From a virus (lineage: Duplodnaviria > Heunggongvirae > Uroviricota > Caudoviricetes): a stretch of 22,105 nucleotides of DNA. The translations under genes were made by a program, and so were the position numbers. Under the pieces are notes generated by a model. The model was not told the origin of the DNA. It worked only from the letters and a program-made list of their open reading frames with translations, and searched no databases. Numbering within the stretch: position 1 is the first letter of the stretch; every line of letters starts with the position of its first letter. This document shows positions 9,541 through 16,771 of this stretch, in pieces. The DNA lies in IMG/VR virus record IMGVR_UViG_2671180609_000024. One strand, given 5' to 3'.

Positions 9541-9957
9541 GTGTCTCAACCACTTTCGGAAATATTGACATGGGATGATGAACAATGGGAGGTATTTGTC
9601 CATGATTGGCTTATTGTCTGTAAATCAGATGATTACCCGTGGAGCGAACGTTTGGGAGGAGCTGGAGATAAAGGTAGAGACGTTGTTGGATATAAATCGG
9701 ATCCTAACGTAGAAGGTTATTCTTGGGATAATTATCAATGCAAACTGTACAAAAAAAGTTTAGGGTTCTCTGATGTTGTAGTTGAGTTTGGAAAACTTAT
9801 CTATTTTACTCTGAATGGTGATTATCCCATCCCTCAGAAGTACTTTTTTGTGGCACCCTATGATTTATCTACTACATTTTCTAATTTATTGAAAAATAAA
9901 AACGAGCTTAAAAAAGCAGTCCTTGATTCATGGGATTCAGCAATTTCAAAAAAATAA
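9541..9957 (+). CDS. Cargo gene 1: small protein with a PD-(D/E)xK (Mrr-like) nuclease motif; possibly the N-terminal part of a longer protein (see findings)
   Basis: GTG start 7 nt after SD AAGGAG and 3 nt after the int stop. Motifs GGAGDKGRDVVGY and, about 20 aa later, YQCKLYKK (D ... QxK) look like a restriction-endonuclease-like core. Very AT-rich. Confidence 0.6.
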   Translation: MSQPLSEILTWDDEQWEVFVHDWLIVCKSDDYPWSERLGGAGDKGRDVVGYKSDPNVEGYSWDNYQCKLYKKSLGFSDVVVEFGKLIYFTLNGDYPIPQKYFFVAPYDLSTTFSNLLKNKNELKKAVLDSWDSAISKK

Positions 9958-10547
9958 CTAAAAAGATTGATATTCCATTAGATGATGAAATAAAAAAATA
10001 TATTGAGGATTTTGATTTTAGTATTTTTTACTCTCTACCCTTATCATTGATTTTAAATGATATTGCAAATACACACCTTTATTTTAAGTACTTTAACGAG
10101 CTGTATGTCGTGAGAATCCCTCCAAATGAAATTCCAACATACAATTCAAAAAAAGAGTCTGTATATGTTAATGCACTGCTTCAAGCCTATTCAGAGCATG
10201 GAAATAAAACTTATAGTTCTTTCTTAGAGCTTGATGATCCATACAGACGACACTTTAATAATAGTAGAAATGATTTTTATTTTGCATCTTCGCTTGAGGT
10301 TTTTGTCCGCGAAGTATTTAAAGATGATGTATTCAAAGCATTGAAATGTTACATTTCATCTTCAATTGAACCCGTCTTTTATGAAGACCATAATTATGCA
10401 TTTATTAGGTGTAATGCAGTCTTGAAGCAGGCTGTTCTGACACCAATTGCACATTCAGTACTATCAAAAATATGTGAAGCAAATGATAAAAAAGGAATAT
10501 GCCATCATTTGGTTAATGATGGTGAAGTAATTTGGACGGTGAGATAA
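9930..10547 (+). CDS. Cargo gene 2: hypothetical protein (205 aa as listed); may be the C-terminal part of gene 1 joined by a shift in an A7 run
   Basis: ORF overlaps gene 1 by 28 nt in another frame; both frames pass through the A7 homopolymer at 9948-9954. No domain recognised by eye. Confidence 0.5.
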   Translation: MGFSNFKKITKKIDIPLDDEIKKYIEDFDFSIFYSLPLSLILNDIANTHLYFKYFNELYVVRIPPNEIPTYNSKKESVYVNALLQAYSEHGNKTYSSFLELDDPYRRHFNNSRNDFYFASSLEVFVREVFKDDVFKALKCYISSSIEPVFYEDHNYAFIRCNAVLKQAVLTPIAHSVLSKICEANDKKGICHHLVNDGEVIWTVR

Positions 10548-11005
10548 TGGTTAGAATTTATAATTCAAGTTTAGAAGTGGCATGTCGAATGGCGAAAGTG
10601 CTCGTCGCTATTTATCCTTCTTCATTAAGCCTTGAACGGCTTATTTGTTTTGATTTTATTTTAGTAAATCTTAAGGATTTTTTACCTGAAGAGATTAGTC
10701 TTCATCCTCCAATACCCCGTAGAGATGCTCAGTTAGCCCTAAAACGAGAGATTGTTTTAGAATCATTGGCTTTGTTGCAAGGCTATGAACTAGCCTCAAA
10801 AATTTATACACATCGTGGTTTTGTATATAAAGCTTCTGAAAAAACATATGCATTTACAAATTCTCTACATAATGAATATGTTGCGCAGATGGAGCATAAT
10901 ATAAATTTGGTGGTTAAGTTATATAGTGATATTCCTGATGAGCAGTTGCAATCAATTATAAAAAATAAAATTGGCAAATATGATATGGAATTTAATTATG
11001 AATGA
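10547..11005 (+). CDS. Cargo gene 3: hypothetical protein (about 152 aa)
   Basis: ATG overlaps the gene-2 stop (TAATG at 10545-10549); its stop overlaps the next gene's start. Same AT-rich composition. Confidence 0.55.
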   Translation: MVRIYNSSLEVACRMAKVLVAIYPSSLSLERLICFDFILVNLKDFLPEEISLHPPIPRRDAQLALKREIVLESLALLQGYELASKIYTHRGFVYKASEKTYAFTNSLHNEYVAQMEHNINLVVKLYSDIPDEQLQSIIKNKIGKYDMEFNYE

Positions 11006-11630
11006 CAATTTTTTTACGTTCAGAAAAATAAAGGTAACCGGATTCAATAAATTAGATGCTATAATTGAATTTGGTTCTAAATTGACTATTTTATATGGTG
11101 GTTCTGACTCTGGAAAAACATACATATATTATTTGATTCGATATTTATTAGGGAGTGAAAAACTAAAAAATAAAGATATCGATCATGCTCAAGGTTATGA
11201 TTTAGCCTATCTGGAATTTAATTTTCAAGGTAGGGTAATGACAATTGAGAGGTCTCTTCAGGATAGCGCCCATTACAGATTATATGATTCGAGCATTGAA
11301 AATGTTAGTGAAGCTAATCTGTTGATGGTTTTTTCCAAAAGTGCTTCGTCTAAAAAGAGTTTTTCATCATACTTTTATGGTAGGTTGAATTTCAAAGAGG
11401 CTAAAGTAAGAACAAACTTAAGTAATACTCTTCATAAATTTAATCTTAATAATGTTTTTGAATTTTTTTGTATTGATGAATTAAGAGTGTTAACTGAGAA
11501 GTCGTTAATTCTTTCTGATATTCCTAGCGAGGAGACAAAAAGAAAGTCTGAATTTAAATTCCTTTTAACTCAGAGAGATGATACTAACTCCTTAGCAGAA
11601 AAACCAAATAAAAAAGCAAGATATTTTTAA
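10998..11630 (+). CDS. Cargo gene 4: N-terminal head of an SMC/Rad50/RecN-like ABC ATPase (Walker A)
   Basis: FRKIKVTGFNKLDAIIEFGSKLTILYGGSDSGKTYIYYLIRYLLG is the canonical SMC-like N-terminal strand-loop-Walker A arrangement (GxxxxGKT). The ORF ends at a TAA inside a T5/A7 tract and the next ORF continues in the same frame. Confidence 0.65.
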   Translation: MNDNFFTFRKIKVTGFNKLDAIIEFGSKLTILYGGSDSGKTYIYYLIRYLLGSEKLKNKDIDHAQGYDLAYLEFNFQGRVMTIERSLQDSAHYRLYDSSIENVSEANLLMVFSKSASSKKSFSSYFYGRLNFKEAKVRTNLSNTLHKFNLNNVFEFFCIDELRVLTEKSLILSDIPSEETKRKSEFKFLLTQRDDTNSLAEKPNKKARYF

Positions 11631-11660
11631 AAAAATCAAATTGCAAATATTTATGAGGAA

Positions 11661-12251
11661 TTGAAAGCGCAATTAATTTATCCTGAATATGATCAAGTCA
11701 TTGTTTCAAGAGAACTTGAGAAAGTAGAGCAAGATATTGAATCATCGAAAGATATATTGAAAGGTATTGTTGATGCACTTGATGATAAGAAGCAATTATT
11801 AAAAGAGTTAAGTGATGAATTATATTCAATCAGTGACAGGGAAAAATACTTATCATTACTCATTGAAAGATTTAGTCTTCTTAAAGACCAATACTTTATA
11901 GATCTACAAAGAATAGATGTTGTATCACAGGCGAATTTCTATTTAAATAATTTTGCAGATATTTATTGTGAGTTCTGTAATACACCGCAAAAAAAAGAAA
12001 ATGAAATATCATATGATGATTGTTTTTTGTCGTGTAATGCAGAAAAATTGAAAATCAAAAGCCAGCTGAAAGGATTAATTGAATCAATCGGATCTAATGT
12101 TCGCGAACATGAATTAATTATGTTAAGAAAAAATGATGTTAATGAAATTTATCAATCAGAAAAAAGTGATTTTAAGACGTTAGAAGATAAAAATATAAAA
12201 CAATACATTCATCTCTTGAATCACTTTATGAATATAAAGACAATCTTTTAA
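11661..12251 (+). CDS. Cargo gene 5: coiled-coil segment of the SMC/Rad50-like ATPase with a Cys4 cluster (CxxC-x14-CxxxC); probably not independently translated
   Basis: Heptad-rich sequence (EKVEQDIESSKDILKGIVDALDDKKQLLKELSDELYSI...), cysteines in YCEFCNTPQ...DDCFLSCN. Same frame as gene 4, separated by a single TAA; the listed start is a TTG with no convincing SD. Confidence 0.5.
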   Translation: MKAQLIYPEYDQVIVSRELEKVEQDIESSKDILKGIVDALDDKKQLLKELSDELYSISDREKYLSLLIERFSLLKDQYFIDLQRIDVVSQANFYLNNFADIYCEFCNTPQKKENEISYDDCFLSCNAEKLKIKSQLKGLIESIGSNVREHELIMLRKNDVNEIYQSEKSDFKTLEDKNIKQYIHLLNHFMNIKTIF

Positions 12252-12817
12252 TGGATCACACAAAACATAGCATTCTATCTTCATTACAAGATAAAGAAGA
12301 TGATGTTGACGAACTTAAATACTCCGCCGAGGACTTTGACTCCTTAACAGTAGCTGATTTGTATGATATAGAAATAGCGATGCAAGACTTTTTGAATGAT
12401 ATAAATTTTGAAAATTCTAAAGATAACAAAGTGCGATTTGACGAAGATACATATGACTTTAATATCAATGGGAAACGCCGAGGAATGTTTGGTAAAGGTA
12501 CCCGTGCAGTAATGCATGCTATATTTACCATTTGCTTTGCGGAATTTTTATCAAGAAAAGGGAATCCATTCATTGGATTTGTTGTGCTTGATAGTCCATT
12601 AGTGACGCACTTTGATAAAGATAGAGGGGGTTCTCTATCGGATGTTAATAGCGTCAGTCTCAGTGATTCATTTTATCACGCATTAATCAAAAGGGACTAT
12701 AATTTCCAGATTGTAATTCTTGAGAATAAAGGTCCGACGTTCCAAATAAAAATTAATGATGCAAATAAAATCCATAACTTAAATAAGAATGGAAGCTCTG
12801 GTTTTTATCCTGTTTAA
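12251..12817 (+). CDS. Cargo gene 6: C-terminal head of the SMC/Rad50-like ABC ATPase (signature-like region, Walker B/D-loop, H-loop)
   Basis: FGKGTRAVMHAIFTICFAEFL followed by PFIGFVVLDSPLVTHFD (hydrophobic strand + D, Walker B-like) and a downstream His (FYHAL). ATG overlaps the gene-5 stop (TAATG). Confidence 0.6.
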   Translation: MDHTKHSILSSLQDKEDDVDELKYSAEDFDSLTVADLYDIEIAMQDFLNDINFENSKDNKVRFDEDTYDFNINGKRRGMFGKGTRAVMHAIFTICFAEFLSRKGNPFIGFVVLDSPLVTHFDKDRGGSLSDVNSVSLSDSFYHALIKRDYNFQIVILENKGPTFQIKINDANKIHNLNKNGSSGFYPV

Positions 12818-13175
12818 TACATTAAAAATATAACTGCTAATTGGGGTGCTCGAAATTATATTTCGTTTCGAGCGCTCAGTTCATTTCTAAATAATTTGCA
12901 AAATTATTTTGGGTACTTTCGCCTCTACACTTCCTTCGGGTGGTTCCACAATAATGGATCTCACCGGCGTTTGATATTTTATAATCTAACCCCTTAGCGC
13001 GCGCAGCCCCCCACGCCTGCTCGCTTCGCTTAACAGACTGGTTTTCATGCATTCCGCAAATCGTCTCAGAAGCCACCACACAAGGGCTTTCGCGTCAAAA
13101 ATGGTGCATGAGAATCATGCGTTTTCATGCGCTATAGACATGCACTCATGCGCTCTCAGGCCAGCCAGGGAAAAG

Positions 13176-13215
13176 GCGTAAAAAATCCCAGTACTGGACC
13201 GGGATTACGTGGGCT
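13176..13215 (-). terminator. Rho-independent terminator for the minus-strand sid-psu-delta operon (possibly bidirectional)
   Basis: Stem AATCCC (13184-13189) / GGGATT (13201-13206), flanked by an A-run on one side and a T-run on the other; on the minus strand the hairpin is followed directly by TTTTTT. Lies just 3' of the Ogr/Delta-like gene. Confidence 0.6.
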
Positions 13216-13226
13216 TTTTTTGCTAA

Positions 13227-13499
13227 TCAGACAGGAATTTGCTGACGGCTTGACAGCTTTGACGCGGAGCCATAGCGATTGAGAGTTTGCTGTTGTTTTT
13301 CCGGCATTTGTGCTTTCTCTGATTCCTGTTCATTGCGCCGGGGCTTCATGATTATCGTATCCACACTTTCCAGTGCGGTAAATGTGTAGGAACATTCAAG
13401 ATTCTGGCACTGATACCATGAGCGTTTAACCGATGGTGCTTCATAGGCGGAGGTTCTGGCGTGTGCCGTCGTACCGCATTCGGGACATTTAAGTGCCAT
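13227..13499 (-). CDS. Ogr/Delta-family zinc-finger late-gene activator (single-domain, 90 aa)
   Basis: MALKCPECGTTAHARTSAYEAPSVKRSWYQCQNLECSYTFTALESVDTIIMKP aligns by eye with P2 Ogr (CPxC..AHARTS ... QCQN.xCS.TF..ESV). Confidence 0.85.
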   Translation of the reverse strand: MALKCPECGTTAHARTSAYEAPSVKRSWYQCQNLECSYTFTALESVDTIIMKPRRNEQESEKAQMPEKQQQTLNRYGSASKLSSRQQIPV

Positions 13500-13504
13500 T
13501 AATA

Positions 13505-14056
13505 TTACTCCTGCATGCCGTTAATGTAATCCAGACGTTGCTGAAAGCGCAGTTGTTGTGCAGGGGTGTAAGAGCTCTGGCAATCACGAACCATCATGGG
13601 GTCAGGCATCACACCGGATTCATCCAGAATCATACGATAATCCCCGGCAATTTCAGGCGGTGTTATTGCCAGCTGGCGAACCAGAGCATTGCGTAATATA
13701 CGGGACGCAACGTCAACCCCTCCGCGCCCCTTCAGGAACGGAGCCAGTGCAGATGTCAGGGCTGCTCCATTCGCCTGCATAAAATTGCTGAGAGCGTCTT
13801 CTGTGCAGGCCTCCATCAGTTGATGCTGCGAGTAAATGCATTCGCGCGCAGCACAGTTAATTTGCCATTTCAGCACATCCAGATGTTCCCGCTGTAATTC
13901 GAGCTGTCGAGCATAATCTGCTGGTTTTTCCATGGCAGTGAGGAGTGATTCTATCTGTTGTTCAACGGCTTTTCGGCTCTCACTATGTCCAGCCCACAGA
14001 ATACGGGCATTTCTAAAACTGATAAGCGCTTGGTCTGGAGTGACTCGGGCCATCAT
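13505..14056 (-). CDS. psu: Psu-like polarity suppression / capsid decoration protein
   Basis: Segment LDVLKWQINCAARECIYSQHQ ... LSNFMQANGAALTSALAPFLKG ... TPAQQ resembles P4 Psu as I recall it (KWQ.N.AA ... FMQ.HG.AL..ALAP.L.G ... TPAQ). Size 183 aa against 190 aa. Confidence 0.7.
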   Translation of the reverse strand: MMARVTPDQALISFRNARILWAGHSESRKAVEQQIESLLTAMEKPADYARQLELQREHLDVLKWQINCAARECIYSQHQLMEACTEDALSNFMQANGAALTSALAPFLKGRGGVDVASRILRNALVRQLAITPPEIAGDYRMILDESGVMPDPMMVRDCQSSYTPAQQLRFQQRLDYINGMQE

Positions 14057-14805
14057 ACTGCTTTCTCCTTCTCAGCACGTTCCTGACGAACCTTCATTTT
14101 ATGCATAGCTGCTGGAGAGAGTTTATTACTGAAATCCAGACGGGCCGCATAATCCGGGGCAACTCCCGCCAGTTTAAACACGGGGTCCTGTTCGGGCATC
14201 GCATCGTTAGTCAGAGCCGGTCTGGTGATATGTTTATGAATAAAATCTTTCAGCAGTGTGTCCGGGTCATTAACTGAATGCACCACACCGACAACTGCGC
14301 TGGCTTCCCTGCCCATTGTTGATTTGAGCAGGCTTAGTGTCTGGATTAGTGCTTTTCCATGCGACTGCATAAAATCTTCCCAGATTTGTTTTGCGCGAAT
14401 ACCCACAAGGGTGTCGTGCGCGTGGATATACTTTCCGGCTAATTCCGCAGCCTCCTGCGGCAAAAGTGCATTTTCGCTTTCCTGAGCCGCCAGCAGCTCA
14501 TCAAAATCCTCAAGCGTTTCTCGTCCCAGCGCAATTTCCGTGCGCAGTTTTTTCATTTCCTTTGAGACTACGCCCTGACTTTCACGAAATAGCGTGCGCC
14601 ACTCCTCATTCAGGGCGTTCGTCGTGGCTTCCATTTCAGCGCGGCGCTGGCGGATTGTCGCAATATTATCCGCTGCCGCTTTTTGCTGACGACGTGCTTC
14701 AAGCCATGCAGATTTGGTGGCATTCACTTTCTCAAGCGCCTGTTGCGTCGAAACAGGGATAGAAATTTCAACGATCGGGTTATTGTTCTGTTCTGGGATT
14801 GTCAT
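14053..14805 (-). CDS. sid: Probable Sid-like external scaffold (capsid size determination) protein
   Basis: 250-aa alpha-helical, Ala/Glu/Gln-rich protein, first gene of the minus-strand operon and overlapping psu by 4 nt; size and position match P4 Sid (244 aa). Called by context, not by a recognised motif. Confidence 0.5.
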   Translation of the reverse strand: MTIPEQNNNPIVEISIPVSTQQALEKVNATKSAWLEARRQQKAAADNIATIRQRRAEMEATTNALNEEWRTLFRESQGVVSKEMKKLRTEIALGRETLEDFDELLAAQESENALLPQEAAELAGKYIHAHDTLVGIRAKQIWEDFMQSHGKALIQTLSLLKSTMGREASAVVGVVHSVNDPDTLLKDFIHKHITRPALTNDAMPEQDPVFKLAGVAPDYAARLDFSNKLSPAAMHKMKVRQERAEKEKAV

Positions 14806-14971
14806 GTCAGCACCTAGTGGTTTGTCGTGGTGTCAATTGTGCTGTGATGCATACAAAGCTGCCATTGAACGCCATTGTGCGAGCGACAAGACAAAGACTG
14901 AACCGCCCCGGACCTCTTTTGGCTAGCCAGAAAAGGCCTCGTTTAACTAAGGCTGTTTCAGACTTACCTTA

Positions 14972-15187
14972 ACTATTCACTACTATTCACTTAGGTAAAA
15001 AAAATAGGTAATACAGAAGGTTATAAGGTGAAGGGTTGGCATGGCAGTATTCATCGACTGTTCATAACTGTTCACATGGGAATAAAATTATTTATGGTAT
15101 TTTTTCATAATGGGTGGTTTTTTTATTCCTCGTAGCTATTTGTTTTTTGCTCCTCACCACTATTCACCCTTATTCAGGAGTATTCAA
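14972..15187. repeat. Cluster of about 8 direct iteron-like repeats, T(A/G)TTCA(C/T) (P4 type-I-iteron-like TGTTCACC variants), in the divergent intergenic region
   Basis: ACTATTCACT ACTATTCACT (tandem, 14972-14991), AGTATTCAT (15047), TGTTCAT (15059), TGTTCAC (15069), TATTCACC (15161), TATTCAG (15171), TATTCAA (15181), all in the same orientation. Confidence 0.6.
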
Positions 15188-15738
15188 CAGGCACATAAAT
15201 AGACTGCATGTTTTTGCCGGGGAATAACATTTTCGCCTCTGGCCATGGTGTTGCATTTCATACTGATTTTTATAAAACTAGATCTGTCCGGTTCTTTATG
15301 GATTCATTCGGATATATTTTACGATTTAAGGTGATGTTATTTAATATCAAGGTTTTTATGCAGGCCCAATGTTTATAAGTTGGATGCGATTCAAAAATAT
15401 GCCCGGAAATTGGGGCCTGCAATGCAAGGCCTCGTGTAGAAGTTGTACTGCCTTGCTGTATTGGCGGTGGGGTTAGCACTATCAGGTGCAATGACCCATA
15501 GGATAGTAAACCCTGGGTGAATGGTAGTTCCTATTAATGCTCCTGTATTTATAGTCCGCAGGCATGGTATTTATTATGTCATTTTATATGGTTTAATCGG
15601 GCTTTAAATTCCATAAAATCAATATGTGACGCTAAATAAAAAATGCGTGCGCAGGTGGTTTATATACACATAATAAGGAACTACCTGAACCCGGATAAAT
15701 TCATCCGGACTGTTGTGGAAATTAAAGAGGGTAGATAA

Positions 15739-15999
15739 ATGCGTAATATTTCTGTGTCTGCGCCAGCTCCTGCTGCGCCATTATTTCCTGTATCGAACCA
15801 TCATGAGCGATTTTTACGCCTGCCTGAGGTGATGCACTTATGCGGGTTGTCCCGTTCGACCGTTTACGACCTGATCAGCCGCGATGCGTTTCCGAAGCAG
15901 ATCCCGCTTGGCGGTAAAAATGTCGCCTGGGCACAGTCTGAGGTCAGCGCATGGATGGCGGACCGCATCAGCGCCCGTGGGCGGGGATGTGATGCATGA
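15739..15999 (+). CDS. AlpA/Vis-family small DNA-binding regulator (excisionase-like HTH)
   Basis: [48 protein letters not shown] matches the AlpA/Vis HTH pattern. SD AGAGGG 7 nt before the ATG. Confidence 0.8.
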   Translation: MRNISVSAPAPAAPLFPVSNHHERFLRLPEVMHLCGLSRSTVYDLISRDAFPKQIPLGGKNVAWAQSEVSAWMADRISARGRGCDA

Positions 16000-16549
16000 T
16001 GATACCTGCATACATTAAATACCTTTATTCTGGCTTGCTTACTGTCGTCATTTCCAGGTATAGTTTTTCCGCTGTCGCAAAATCGGCAGCCGGAATTGGC
16101 GTTCCGTATAACTTATTGGCGACAATTGACGCCCCTTGCGTCTTTTTTTACGTCGTAGCTCAGGCACAACCATTTTCAGGGCTGTGGTGTTTATGCTTAC
16201 ACCATGGTTCTATCGAGATAATGGTAGTCCGGGCGGGGCAGCCTTCGGGCTGGCCGGTTTCCAATAAGGCCGGTTACGCCAACCCCGTTCGGGCTGCCAC
16301 CAGTGAAATTGGCGTTTCCGGTGGTAGCAATAACCGCTACTTATTGGAGGCTGCCATCATGGCTACAATCCTCACCCCGTCACACCCGCAATATGTCTTT
16401 GTGTTTGCCGCAATCCGCCGTGCTGACACTCACCCCCGCATCTGTATGCTTCGCACTGTCTCCTGCGATGAGCGTTCCGCGCGCCGTTTGCTAGTCCGAG
16501 ATTATGTACTCTCCCTTTCTGCACGGCTGCCTGCCGGGGAGGTGACGCT

Positions 16550-16771
16550 ATGAACCAGTTTGAGATTTCCTACGACGATGTTGTAAGGCTGAAACATTTA
16601 CGCAATGTGGGTGAGTATGTAACTGGCATGGCAGCCCTGCAGGACTGTTATGAAAAGCCAGCAGGTGCCCAATGCGAACAACTGGTTTCCCTCATTTATC
16701 TGATGACAGAGCAACTGGATGGAGTGGTGCAACGCTGCCATGACGACCTGATGAATGCGGAGGTGGCCTGA
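16550..16771 (+). CDS. Hypothetical small protein of the P4-like early operon (73 aa)
   Basis: SD GGGAGGTGA 4 nt before the ATG; ATGA-type overlap with the next ORF; same operon as alpha. Function unknown (positional analogue of P4 epsilon/orf151). Confidence 0.55.
   Translation: MNQFEISYDDVVRLKHLRNVGEYVTGMAALQDCYEKPAGAQCEQLVSLIYLMTEQLDGVVQRCHDDLMNAEVA

Noticed and set aside
12848-12873. Hairpin GCTCGAAA - 10 nt loop - TTTCGAGC just after the cargo cassette
   Set aside because: Perfect 8-bp stem but no following U-tract on either strand, so not called as an intrinsic terminator; may still be a processing or binding site.
12950-13040. Possible P2/P4-type cos site in the spacer between the cargo cassette and delta
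   Set aside because: I looked for the 19-nt cohesive-end sequence (GGCGAGGCGGGGAAAGCAC as I recall it) and its complement. Only a weak resemblance (CCCCACGCCTGCTCGC) is present, which is not enough to call a cos site; the element may have lost it.
12876-13079. 67-aa minus-strand ORF in the GC-rich spacer
   Set aside because: No RBS, no recognisable features; lies in a non-coding-looking spacer.
13493-14926. Plus-strand ORFs antisense to psu and sid (13493..13696, 13558..13782, 14258..14485, 14391..14762, 14714..14926)
   Set aside because: Shadow ORFs in GC-rich coding DNA of the opposite strand.
15996-16553. 185-aa ORF (and the nested 63-aa ORF at 16303-16494)
   Set aside because: No SD; odd composition; spans a GC-rich hairpin-dense region better explained as structured RNA or regulatory DNA. 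Treated as probably spurious, though a real small protein cannot be excluded without homology data.
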